A stretch of DNA of 64,000 bases from Rebecca billardiae RCC1528 (lineage: Eukaryota; Protista; Haptophyta). The notes below the pieces were generated by a model that made no database searches, was not told where the DNA came from, and saw nothing but the letters and a program-made list of their open reading frames with translations. The DNA lies in the NCBI GenBank assembly GCA_965240325.2, contig OZ251232.1, positions 248,001 to 312,000 of the forward strand, in the 5' to 3' direction. A program made the position numbers and the translations under genes. Shown here one piece after another: positions 32,973 to 43,789 of the stretch; within the stretch, counting starts at the first letter, position 1; each line of letters starts with the position of its first letter.

Positions 32973-35900
32973 TCAGTTGGGCGACGCCACGCCTCCGTTT
33001 GGCGAGGTCGCGGTGTCGTCCTTGTCGGCATCATCATCCCAGCTGCGCCGGTAGAAGAGGTCGTTGGCGATCGCGCACATCATGAGCAGCGCGTGCGCGA
33101 CCAGCGCCTCCCACAGCTCGGGGTCATGGGACTTCACGCGCTGGAGATCTGCGGCGGAGAGGCGCGCGATGCGCCCGTCGGAGAGCATGACGAGCTCCGA
33201 GCGGCGCGGCAGGCTGAGCACGGCCTCGGGCGTGCCGACCAGCGTGGGCGCGTTCCGCATCGAGCCCGCCGTGCGCACTGCTGAGCCGACGTGCCGCCAG
33301 AGCAGCGCCTGGCCGCTCATCACGAAGACGCACTCGCGGCACGGCAGCATGCCCGTGGGCGCGAGGATCACGTCCGCAGCTCGCACCTGCTCCACCCGGC
33401 CGTACTCGGCGAGGCGCATGCCGATGGCCGCCATGTTGGTCGGCCGGCGCATCAGCAGCGGCTCGGCGCGCTCCGTCTCGCGCGTGGGCGGCGCGTGCAC
33501 GGGCGAGAGCCGCGGCCGGCGGCGGCGGAGGAAGTCGCGACCTCCGTCGTCTGATTGGCGCTGCTGCCTGCGCCCGACGCTCGGCTGGTGCCGCCGCGCC
33601 GCCGCGCTCTCGCGCTCCGTCGCGAGGCCCGCCCTGCTGTCCAGGCCGAGGTCCGCTTCGGCGGTGGCGACGGCCGACGGCGTGAGCGAGCGCAGGGGCC
33701 CGAGGCCGGACATGCGCCGCGGCTGCGCAGAGGCGTGTGCGTCGTGCTGCCCGGGCGCGCCGGCGGACGGCAGCGGGCTCGGGAGCTCGTCGACGGGCGC
33801 GCCGCTGCCCGGGCCCTCCGCCCGCTCGGAGCCCTGCGTGGCGCTGCGCGGCCGGTCCAGCGCCGGGCGTGCGGCCGCGCTGCCCGCCTCGCCGTCGCTG
33901 TCGGTGCGCGCCGCTGCCACTCCGCTGGTGCCGGAGTGCGACGAGTGCTCGGCGTTTGCGTGCGAGTGGCCCCTGGACAAGGAGAGCGAGCTCGGCGAGC
34001 GGTTGATCCCGGCGAGCAGCGACTCCACCGAGTCGTTCGGGATGGAGTACCAGCCGCGCTCGCGCAGGTGCACCTTGCGCAGCAAGGCGGGCGAGTGGCC
34101 CTGGCGCGCACCCGCGTCCGCGCCGGCGGCGGCGGCCACCGCCTCGAGCGACGCGTCGGCGCACGCGTCGGGCGGCGGCGGCGGGCCGCCGAGCGCGCCG
34201 CCAGTCGAGTCGAGCATCGACTCGAGCGAGTCGTTCGGGATGCCATACTCCAGGCAGGGCTGCTGCCACTGCTGAAGCGCATGGCTGCTCACCGCCGGGG
34301 CGTCGGCGTCGGCCTTGGATCCGGGTGGCGCGCTGGGCGTCGCGGCTGCGGCCTTCGCAGCGGCCGCGGCCGCGGCGGAACGCGGCGGCGACGACGTGCG
34401 CGGCTCCTTGGGCGCGACGCCGCTGGGCGGCGCCTCGACGTCCAGCCCGTGCCTCCGAAACCGCTCGAGCAGCCTCGAGCGCACGCCCGTCGTGCGCAGC
34501 GCCCAGCCGCGCACGGTGAGCTGCTCGGCCAGCGAGCCGATGCAGTGGATGGCCGACACGTCGACGGAGATCACGTCTGAAAAGTCGAGGACGACGACGC
34601 CGCCGCGGCCGCACGCGGGGCTCGCCTCGACGGAGCGCAGGATCTCGCTGGACATCTGCGCGGTCGAGCCGAAGAAGATCGAGCCGCGCAGCCGCATCGT
34701 GATCACCGCGCGCTGCTTGCCGGCCGGGCTCGCCTTCTGGCTGCCCGCGCTCGCCGCCGCCGCGCTCGCGCCGCCGCCGCCCGGCGCCGCGCCGCCGCCC
34801 GGCTTGACGGGGAGGGCCTCCTCGCGCACGGACTGCACGAGGTGCTCGGCCGAGATGCGCGACTGCTCCACGACGAACTCGAGGCACGTCGCCACCAGCC
34901 CGACCAGAAGCCCGACCACCGCGCCCAGCCACAGGTAGGAGCCGGCGGTCGCGAGCAGCACGCCCACGTCCAGCCGGCTCATGCCCGGCTTGTACAGCAT
35001 CGAGGCGGCCATGCTGATGCCGAAGTGGACGTACAGCCCGCCGAGGACGAGCTTGGGCACGAGCCCGGCGATCCCGCCGCCGAAGAACCAGCAGAGCGCG
35101 CACAGCGCCGCGACGACGAAGCCCGACTCCCGGTCACCCTGCATGTCTCGGTGCTGCATCGACGCGGTGAGCAGGTAGGCGCACGACGGCGCGGCGCACA
35201 CGCCCTGCACGATGGAGGAGAGACCCGAGGTGCGCAGCTCGGCGTCCGCGTCCACGCTCGCGCGCTCCTCCGCGCGGGGCAGCGAGGTGAGCAGCGGCAG
35301 CGTCGAGAGCACCACGAGCATGTGCACGATCGCGTACACGGGCGCCGCCTGCAGCGGAGAGTGCGCGGAGAACATGTAGCCCCACGCAATCTTGCCGTGC
35401 GCGAGCGCGCGCACGGAGGCGAAGGCAGAGTCCCACGCGCTGAGCTCGGGCTGGCCCGCGGGCGCGCCGGCGTCGTCGTCGTCGGTCGGGTGCGCCGCGC
35501 CGAGCCACCCCGTCTCGCGCAGCGCGTCCACGCCCATCCCGCTGCACGCCGCGACCGCGTAGAAGAGCGCGATCGAGCCCGCGATCAGCCCGATCGTCAT
35601 CGAGAGCGAGTTGCCGCCGACGGCGGCGTTGCCGCCCCACAGCGCGATGCCGAAGAGGAGGGCGCACGCGCCCTGCCACAGCGCCGTGTGCACCGTCTCG
35701 TCCTGCGGCAGCGGGAAGAACTGCGTCGGGCCCAGCGGCGATGGGCGGACGAGCGTGACGCCCGCCGACACCTGCATGCCCGAGACGAGGAGCACGAGGG
35801 CGATGGCGAGGAGCATGCCGAGCACGACGGGCAGCGGCATGAACGCCGCCGCCTTGCCAAGCTGCACGCGCCGGTTCGAGAGCACCAGCTGCAACGTGCC

Positions 35901-36314
35901 CGAGAAGAGCGAGAGGCACGCGAAGCACGCGAGCGCGGTTGGCACCCACTCGGCGCGCGGCAGGTCATCCGCGATCTGCGAGACGACCGAGGCGAGGATG
36001 TTGGCGACGGAGGCGTACGGTCCGGCGACGATGAAGGGCACGGTCGAGGTGGACGAGTGCACGAGCGCGCCCGTCACCTGCGAGATCATGCACGCGCTCA
36101 CAAACACGGGCTGCGCAAACGCGAGCTGCGGCTCGCCCGCGACGAGCGCGCCCGCAAACGAGTACGTCATCACGATGATGATGAAGGTGATCACGCTGGC
36201 GGCGAGCAGACGCTCGCCCCAGCGCGCGAGGGCGCGCAGCGCGCCGCGCCGCTCGCCGAGCAAGGGCACGTCGTCCAGCGAGGGATGTATCCTGAACATC
36301 GCCATCGTCGCCAT
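32973..36314 (-). CDS. SulP/SLC26 anion transporter with STAS and C-terminal cyclic-nucleotide-binding-like domain
   Basis: Many TM helices; AFMPLPVVLG, DADAEL...G.S, VPKLVLGGL; STAS motifs RLRGSIFFG and VVLDFSDV..VD.SA; cNMP-like CVFVMSGQ..LVG...PR. Confidence 0.88.
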   Translation of the reverse strand: MATMAMFRIHPSLDDVPLLGERRGALRALARWGERLLAASVITFIIIVMTYSFAGALVAGEPQLAFAQPVFVSACMISQVTGALVHSSTSTVPFIVAGPYASVANILASVVSQIADDLPRAEWVPTALACFACLSLFSGTLQLVLSNRRVQLGKAAAFMPLPVVLGMLLAIALVLLVSGMQVSAGVTLVRPSPLGPTQFFPLPQDETVHTALWQGACALLFGIALWGGNAAVGGNSLSMTIGLIAGSIALFYAVAACSGMGVDALRETGWLGAAHPTDDDDAGAPAGQPELSAWDSAFASVRALAHGKIAWGYMFSAHSPLQAAPVYAIVHMLVVLSTLPLLTSLPRAEERASVDADAELRTSGLSSIVQGVCAAPSCAYLLTASMQHRDMQGDRESGFVVAALCALCWFFGGGIAGLVPKLVLGGLYVHFGISMAASMLYKPGMSRLDVGVLLATAGSYLWLGAVVGLLVGLVATCLEFVVEQSRISAEHLVQSVREEALPVKPGGGAAPGGGGASAAAASAGSQKASPAGKQRAVITMRLRGSIFFGSTAQMSSEILRSVEASPACGRGGVVVLDFSDVISVDVSAIHCIGSLAEQLTVRGWALRTTGVRSRLLERFRRHGLDVEAPPSGVAPKEPRTSSPPRSAAAAAAAKAAAATPSAPPGSKADADAPAVSSHALQQWQQPCLEYGIPNDSLESMLDSTGGALGGPPPPPDACADASLEAVAAAAGADAGARQGHSPALLRKVHLRERGWYSIPNDSVESLLAGINRSPSSLSLSRGHSHANAEHSSHSGTSGVAAARTDSDGEAGSAAARPALDRPRSATQGSERAEGPGSGAPVDELPSPLPSAGAPGQHDAHASAQPRRMSGLGPLRSLTPSAVATAEADLGLDSRAGLATERESAAARRHQPSVGRRQQRQSDDGGRDFLRRRRPRLSPVHAPPTRETERAEPLLMRRPTNMAAIGMRLAEYGRVEQVRAADVILAPTGMLPCRECVFVMSGQALLWRHVGSAVRTAGSMRNAPTLVGTPEAVLSLPRRSELVMLSDGRIARLSAADLQRVKSHDPELWEALVAHALLMMCAIANDLFYRRSWDDDADKDDTATSPNGGVASPN

Positions 36315-36647
36315 CCGCACGAGCGCGCGCGTGGCCGCGGTTGTCGTCAAGACGGCTGAGTTTGGGGCGAGCACGGCGACGAGACGCGTTTGGACCCGCC
36401 CGGCGCCGCCGTTGGAGCCAGACTGGCACTCCGGCTGAAGGAATTTCCGGGGGCCGCCCGTGGTGATGGTGAGCACCGAGCCGCTGGCCGCTGCCGCATG
36501 TGCCAGGCGCTCGTAGCCGTGAGACTTTGGGATTCTGATACCGTACCCACACGGGGTGCTCTAAGGCTACTGTACGCTTACCAGTCTCCTCGTGCGAGCG
36601 CTCGTGGCGCGCGAGCCGGGGGGATCACACGCCGCCGATGCCGCCGT

Positions 36648-37532
36648 TCACGTCCCACCGCCCTCGCGCGGCTGCGCCGCGAGCGCGAGCACGTCGGCGC
36701 GCCGGTGCTGCTGGATCGGCATCTTGGCGCGCACGTCGCGCAGGCGCTCGAGGTCGATCTCGGCGGTGACGATCGTCGGGCTGGCCTCGCCGCCCGCATC
36801 GGCGAGCACTGTGCCCCACGGGTCGACCGCGAGCGCGTGGCCGTACGAGCTGCGCTTCTCGTTGTGCGCGCCCACCTGCGCGGCGGCGAGCACGTACGCC
36901 TGCGACTCGATGGCGCGCGCGCGGAGCAGCACGTGCCAGTGCGCCTCGCCGGTGGGCACGGTGAACGCGCTGGGCACGAGGATCACCTCGGCGCCCTTGC
37001 GCACGAGCGCGCTGTACAGCTCGGGGAAGCGCAGGTCGTAGCACGTGGTCAGCCCGAGCCGGCCGACCGGCGAGTCGACGACCATCGCGCGCGCCGGCCC
37101 GGGCGCGGTGTAGCGCGACTCCATCAGCACGGCGCCGCCCGGGATGCTCACGTCGAAGAGGTGCTGCTTGCAGTACTCGGCGATCAGCGCGCCGCGGTGG
37201 TCGAGGATCACGTGCGTGTTGTGCACGCGCCCGTCGCCGCCGTCCTCGCCGCGCTCGTGGAAGCCGCCCAGCGAGAGCCAGAGCTTGTGCTCGGAGGCGA
37301 GGTGGCGGTACTGCCCGAAGAGCTCGCCGTCGATGGGCTCGGCCTGCGCGACGGTCTCGGTGTAGTGCCCGCCGATGAAGGCGAATGCCTCGGGCACGCA
37401 CAGCATCTTGGCGCCCGCTGCGACCGCCTGCCGGCACAGCTGGCGCACCTGCTCGAGGTTGGCCGCGTGCGAGGCGGTGCTCGTCATCTGCCCGATCGCG
37501 ATCAGGCGGCGTGCGGCCGCGCCGGTCGTCAT
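36648..37532 (-). CDS. NIT1: Nitrilase-family carbon-nitrogen hydrolase, NIT1/deaminated glutathione amidase type
   Basis: E-K-C triad in PEAF, YCKQHLFDV and TCYDLRFPELY; also PSAFTVPTGEAHW.LLRARAIE.Q.YV and SYGHALAVDPWG. Likely start at 37532. Confidence 0.93.
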   Translation of the reverse strand: MTTGAAARRLIAIGQMTSTASHAANLEQVRQLCRQAVAAGAKMLCVPEAFAFIGGHYTETVAQAEPIDGELFGQYRHLASEHKLWLSLGGFHERGEDGGDGRVHNTHVILDHRGALIAEYCKQHLFDVSIPGGAVLMESRYTAPGPARAMVVDSPVGRLGLTTCYDLRFPELYSALVRKGAEVILVPSAFTVPTGEAHWHVLLRARAIESQAYVLAAAQVGAHNEKRSSYGHALAVDPWGTVLADAGGEASPTIVTAEIDLERLRDVRAKMPIQQHRRADVLALAAQPREGGGT

Positions 37533-37657
37533 CGCGCTCGGCACGTGTGCACCGTTTGGCCGCCCCGGCTGCGAGATGCGGGCGCCGGACGCTGCAGCTT
37601 GTCCGACAAGTCCGGCCGAGCGCGCGCTGCGCGCGCCGCGCAAGTCGCGGCCTCACG

Positions 37658-40600
37658 ATGTCGGCTGGCGACATGCCCGACGTGCCCGACATCCTCGAGT
37701 CGTCGCGGCGCATCGCCGCGCTGGCCGAGGAGGTGCGCGCGCGCGAGGACCAGCTCGCACTCGACGCCATGGCCGCGTCCAACGACTCGGACGCCGCCGT
37801 CGCCATCGCCATCATCGTCAGCTTCTTTGTGATCGTGCTCTCGCTCGGCTCGCTCTTCTGGGCGATGGTGGACGCGGAGGGGCAGGGAGAGGCCGGGAGC
37901 GCGCCGTACGAGGCGTCGTCCAAGCCGTCGGTCTCGTTCAACCCCTTCCACACCGCGCAGCCGCCGGCCGGCGCCGTGCACGTGCGTGCTCGCGCGGCGC
38001 GCGCGCGCGCGCGAGCGCGCTCGGCGTGATCGTTGTGTGACACGACCGCATGCGCCGCCCCGCCTCGCGCCCGGTGCGCGCGCGCGCCGCGCCGCGCAGA
38101 CGCACCGGCTGTCGCGCACGCTCGACGACGTGCTCCAGCTGCAGTGCGCCGAGGGCTGGTCCGCGCTGCGCGCCTTCATCGGCCGCATGCCCTCGTCCGA
38201 GGACGACCGTCGCACGTTCTTCTCGACGCTGCCGCGCGTGGTCGCCAAGGTGTTCGGGCTGGAGGGCAGCGGCTGGACGCGCGACGTGCAGCGCGCGGAG
38301 GACCGGCTCGCGCTGCTCGAGCTGCTCATGCCGCCGCCGCCGCCGGAGCTCGCCGCCGACGCGCTCACGGCCGCCGGCTGGGGCGCCGACGGCCTCGCGA
38401 ACGGCTCGCCGGGCGGCGGCGGCGCGCCGGGCGGCGGCGGCGGCGGCGTGGGCGGCGGCGAGCGCTCGGCGGAGCGCGGGCTCGGGCGCTCGCCCGCGCT
38501 CTTCGGCCTGGCCGACCCCGCGAGCGCCTCACCCTTTGGCCGCGCGCCCACCACGCCGAGCCGAAGCGCGGGCGCGGCGGGCGCGAGCGCGGCGGCGCGC
38601 GCTGCGGCCGCGAGCGGCGGCGGCGGGAGCGGCGGGAGCGGCGGCGCGCGCGGCGCGCACGGCGGCGCGCCGCGGATGCCCGGCGCGCTCTTCGAGCTGC
38701 TCTTCGCGCCGCGCGGCCTCGCCGAGCAGCACGCCCGCCGCTACACCTTCTTCGTGCGCAAGCTGCCCGCGCCGATGGTCGCGGCGATCGAGCGGCGCGC
38801 GCTGCACGCGCTGCCGCCGCTCGTGCGGCGCAAGGTGGAGGAGGCGAGCGCGGCGCTGGAGCGCGGCGTGGGCGGCGGGCGGCACGCGCTCGGCTCGCCC
38901 GGCGGCGGCGGCGCGCCGTGGGCCTCGCCGCTCGGCGCCGCCGGCGCCGCGCACCCGCTCGGCGGCGGCGGCTTTGGCGGCGGCGGCGGCGGGCTGGGCG
39001 GCGCGCCGCCGCCGCTGCTGCCACAGGGGCAGCAGCAGGGGCCGGGCGCGGCGGCGATGCCCGCCGAGCTGACGCTGAGCGCGCGCGAGTACTTCCTCTT
39101 CCACATGTGCGCGGCCGCCTCGGAGAACGCCTCCGCGCTGTACACCGAGGCGTGCTACGCCGCGCCGTACTCGGCCGCGCTCGGCGAGGGCGGCGGCGCG
39201 AGCGCGGAGCGTCGGAGCGCGCAGCGCGTCTCGGCGCTCGCGCTGCCCGGCGTGCACCTGGGCGGCGGCGGCGCGGCGGAGAAGAGGCGGCGGCCGGTGA
39301 GTCTGTACGTGCAGCTCGTGCGCGCGTACCTCGACTTCTTCGTGCCCGGCGCGGAGCACGCCGACGGCGGCGGCGGCGGCGGCGGCGTTTGCTCTGCGGG
39401 CACACCGGCGGGTGGCGGCAACGTGAGAGCGACTCGGCGCGGCGCCGCTGCTGCCGGCGGCGCGAGTGGCGGCGGCGGCGGGGCGTGCACGCCCTCGTCC
39501 ATCGGCTGCGCCGCCTCGCTCGGCTCGCCCGCCGCCGGCCCCACGCCCGCCGCGCCCGCCGCCACCGACGCCTCGATCGCGCACAGGCGCATGCTCTGTG
39601 ACGAATTCCTGGCGGTGTGCGTGGCCTTTTGGTGCCACGCGCCGCCCGCGTCGGAGGACCAGCGCACGTCGGCGTTCCCGCGGCTGGCGGCGAGCTCGGC
39701 GGCGAGCGCGGCGGCGGTGGGCGCGGGCGCCGCCGGCGCCGACGGCCCGCACATCGAGTCCGTCGACTGCGTCGAGCTCCTCGCCGACCACGTGAGCGCG
39801 GGGCTGCGCGCGGGCGTGCGCGCGCACGCGGCCGCCCACGGGCCGGCGCGCGGCCTGCTCGGCCAGTGGCTGTACCAGTGCGCGCTGGGCGGCGCGGTGG
39901 GCGGCGGCGCGCGCGGGTACGCGCCGCGCGGCTTCGCGCCCCCCGCCCTCGCCCCCTCCCCCGCGCCGTACGAGCTCCTCAGCGACAAGCTCTACCGCTG
40001 GGTGCTGGCCGGCATGCTGCGGCTGCCGCCCGGCTCGCGCCGCTACCCGCGCGTGCTCGGCGTGTGGCTGGCGTATGCGCTGCCGTGGGGCGGCTTCGCG
40101 GCGTCGAGGGCGCTGGGCGGCGGCGTGGGCGGCGAGGCGAACCGCGAGCGCCGGCGCCACGCGCCCACGCCGGGCAGCGCGCGCGCGCGCCGCGCCGGCG
40201 ACGGCTCGGCCGCGCGCGCGCCGCCGACGCCCGACGCGCCCGCCGGCGCGGCGGGCGGCGGCGCCGCCGCCCGCCGCGCCGCCGCCGCCCTCGAGGGCGA
40301 CGAGGCGGGGCACTGGATGGAGTTCATCACGGGGCACTGGCTGCTGATCCTGCGCCCGCTGATCGAGCTGCTCGCCGACCCCGCCGGCCAGCTCGACCTC
40401 AACTCCGCCGCCGCGCCCGAGCTGCTCTCGGCCGTTCTGAGCGCGTGCGCGCAGCCGTCGCTGCTGCGCGCGCTGCAGCGCGTGAGCGCGGCGACGCGCG
40501 CGCGCGCGCTCGCCGGCGCGGCGGCGGGCGTGGCCCCGGGCGGCGCGGCGCTCGACGCGCTGAGCCCCGCCGAGCTCGACCTCGCGCTCAAGTTCGCCCT

Positions 40601-42125
40601 CCACCTCGAGGGCGACGGCTGGGAGCTCGCCTGCCGCGAGGTGCACACGGCGCGCCTCGCGGACGCGGCGGACGCGCTTTCAGAACGGATCGAGCGCAAG
40701 CTGCACGAGCTGCGCACCGACGGCAGGGCGGCGAGCGTGGTGCGCGCGCCGCCGTGCGCCGAGCACGCGCGGCCCCCCGCCCCTCCGCGCGCGGCGCGCA
40801 GCCGCGGCGGCAGCAGCTCACGCCGCCACGCCACGCGCGCGCGCCCCCGCGCGCCGCCGCGCGCCGCGCGCCGCCGCGCGCCGCGCCGCCGCCGCCGCGC
40901 CCGCCTCTGGCACGCGACCCTCCGCCTCACCTGCGCTCAGGCCGGCCGCGTGGTGCACGACGTGGTGAGCTCGCTGCAGCACGGCTCGGCCGCGGCGTCG
41001 CGCGCTGCGCTCATCCCCAAGCTGAGCGCGGTGCAGGAGCAGCTCGGCGCCATGCTCGCCACGCTCGGCGCGGGCACACGCATCGGCCGGCAGCACTCGA
41101 CCGACGGCGGTGGCGCGCGCGCGCCCGTCAGCCCGGCCGCGCTGCGCTATCGCCACAGCGGCGCGCTCACGCCCGCCGGGCGCGAGGCGCTGCTGAGCGG
41201 CGCGGCGCGGGCCGACGCCGCGCGCGTGGCGTACCGCGCCACGCCCACCACGCCCCGCCGCCCCATCTCCGCCGACGAGGTCGCGCCGCTCGCGCGCATG
41301 GCCGAGCGCGCCGCGCTGTTGCTGCGCGGCCCTGCGGCGCGCGCGCTCGGCTCGTGGCTGCCGCCCGCGCTCGCAGCCGGCGTCGAGCGCGGCGCGGACG
41401 CGCTGCGCCCGCGGGCGCTCGCGTCGCGCCGCGTGCTCGTCGCGCTGGGCGGCGTGCTCGCGCTGCTCGCCGCGCCGCCGCCGCTGCACGCGCGCCGCTG
41501 GGTGCTGTGGCTGTGGCGCCTCTCTCTGCTCTGGTGAGTCGCCGAGCGCACCGCACGCGCACCGCACGACGCGACCCGAGGCGGTGCGCCCGCGCGCGGC
41601 GTGGACACGCCGAGGGCGCGCGCGCAGTGCTGCCGCCGTTGGCGCGGCCGCCCGGGCGGCGTTGGGCAGGGCGGGCGCAGCGCTGCCCCATCCGCTGACG
41701 CACGCACCCTCGCCCAAACGCTCCCGCCGCCGCCCACGCCGCGCGCGCCGCGTGCGCCGCGCGCCCGCGCCCGCTCTCGCGCGGCTGCCCTGCTCTGCTG
41801 GTCGGCCGTGCGCGGCAGGTGCGTGTTCGTCAGTGCGATGCTGTGCAAGCAGGCGGGCGTGCTGCAGCTCGAGCCGCCGTCGCCGGGCGCCGCGTACACG
41901 CCGAGCGCCGCCGAGCTGCTCGACCAGGCGCAGTGGGTGTGCTGGGCGCGCGCAGAGCTCAAGCGCGGCGCCCCGTACGGGGAGCTGGAGGCTCGGCTGG
42001 CGGCCGAGCTCGCGGGCTTGGTCGGCGCGCGCGCCGCGGAGGGCGTCGCGGCGGACGTGCTCAGCCGCGCGAGCGGCGCCACCACGGAGGGCGAGGAGCG
42101 GCTCGCTGGGCGGTACGACTACTGA
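37658..42125 (+). CDS. SMPD4: Sphingomyelin phosphodiesterase 4 (nSMase3/NET13)-like, 4 exons (37658-37981, 38100-40739, 40941-41533, 41819-42125)
   Basis: VFG...GW, Y.F....LP, LSAREYFLFH, YVQLV..YL.FF.P, LY.W..., VL.VWL.Y..PW, W..FI..H, LTPAGR..L.SG and RPISADEV..L.R parallel SMPD4 conserved blocks. All three GT-AG introns are frame-consistent. Confidence 0.8.
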
Positions 42126-42468
42126 ATGCATGGGTCGCGGCACCGTGGCGGCGACAGCCCTCATCCATCGCCGCCATGACAATTGACATGATGCGGCACG
42201 ACGTGACGATCGGTGACTTGCCCCGCCACGACTGCGGAGCAGTACGGACTACGTATACGGTAGTACTGTATCGGTTCATCATCTGCTGATGCGCCGCCAT
42301 ATCGGATATACATTCTGCGCCGCTAGTACAGGGCGGCATCGGTCGCGGCAAGCAGCCAAGCTGCCGCCTGCACGCGCGAGCTGATGATGCAGCGATTCAG
42401 CGAATACTAATACGACCGCCGCCAATGGTCGTCACGAGTATCTCAGATGTCATCAGCACTGGGCTGCA

Positions 42469-42516
42469 CTGGTACTATCTGTCTGGTACTCTGTAGTCTG
42501 GTACTCTGTCTGGTAG
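42469..42516 (+). repeat. Short tandem repeat of CTGGTACT(A/C)T unit (~4 copies)
   Basis: ctggtactatctgt ctggtactctgtagt ctggtactctgt ctggtag. Confidence 0.7.
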
Positions 42517-43290
42517 GGAGGTGGAGACCGAGTTTCGAGTTTTTGAATTTTGAGACCGCATAGACTAGAGAGTTAGAGATAGACGTTCATTCGGCGAGAA
42601 AAGACCGCGCCCACGATAGTTCCCTAAGTAAAGTGCGATCGATCTGGACGTGAGCCGGACGTGACTTTAACGTAACGGTTCGTTACGAGCGAATCGTATT
42701 CGTCGTCCCGGATCGCGTGACGTCCGGACTGGGCCAACATCCGGATCGGAGGTGACGTGCCCCCGCCGCACGATGGCGGATGCGGGACCAACCCCTGGCT
42801 GCGGGCGCGCCTGCACGTGCCTCCGCCACCCGCCTCCCGCTTGCTGCTCACGCAGTCAGCTGCGACCGTGGCGCATGATCGCAGAAGCAGTGCCGGCAGT
42901 ACGGCCTGCATCAGCTAGTGCCGCGCCGTCGTGGCGCGCGCAGTAGTTGCGTTTGCAGCGGCTCGGCGCCGTTGGCGACGGCACGCGCGTGCGGCTCAGG
43001 TGTGTCAAATGCGGTCTCGTCGGCGCGCTTTCGCCTGCCACCTCGTGCACCCGTGCCGCCAGCTTCATCGTCTTCATAAGGACTGCTGCTGCTGTCGCCA
43101 TCCGCTCTCCATCACCCCGAGTCGCGCGGCGCGCGCGGTAGCTGAGGGCGGCGTACGGTCACTCACCCGTGCAACGGGTCAAGTGGCCAGAGTACGTCTG
43201 GTCGTTGGCTGGCACGGGCCGCAGCGCTAAAGCACCCTGCTGTCACACCCGACTCCTTCAGTACTCCGAGCTCCGCGGCACGACTCACTC

Positions 43291-43469
43291 GGCACGATCG
43301 CGGACGGGTCGGATCCGAGCTGATCAGCCAGAGTTGGACCGAGTTAGTGGCAGCTAGTAATAGTTGTCAGACGGACCTCCGATGCCGATGGCACGATCGC
43401 GGACGGGTCAGATCCGAGCTGATTAGCCAGTTGGACATTTGGCAGCTAGTTGTCAGACGGACGTCCGAT
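43291..43469 (+). repeat. Imperfect tandem duplication (~93 and ~80 bp)
   Basis: GGCACGATCGCGGACGGGTC..GATCCGAGCTGAT..CAGCTAGT..TGTCAGACGGAC.TCCGAT at 43291-43383 and 43390-43469. Confidence 0.8.
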
Positions 43470-43789
43470 TTGACCGGTGTCGGGTGCGGTCCGTCAGGTC
43501 CGCTGCTGTGATTGTGTGAAGTCTCGGAATGACTAATGAGTCTCGCGGTCGCAGGCACTAGGCAGGGCCGAGGGCGACGGTCGTCGACTAATAGCTTCAG
43601 TCATCTCAGAAGCGACTTCAACTGGCGAACTGCCACTACGGCGGAGAGCCGCGATTGCACGGCCACCGCGTGCCCCCAACTGCGTTGATTGATTCTTTGC
43701 AGAAAAGGACCGCGGTGACGCGGTCACATAAGAAATCGTGCGCGGACAGCGGAAATTATTCGGGATCAATATACAACAAACTACTACGA

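Noticed and set aside
20660-42125. NUP85 and SMPD4 (both nuclear-envelope associated) as a functional cluster
   Set aside because: They are ~14 kb apart with seven unrelated genes between them; most likely coincidence.
42514-42626. TAGGGA…TCCCTA as a hAT-type MITE
   Set aside because: Only 6 bp of inverted match and no 8-bp TSD.
43291-43469. Repeat pair as a CRISPR-like array
   Set aside because: Only two degenerate units, with no unique spacers and no cas genes.
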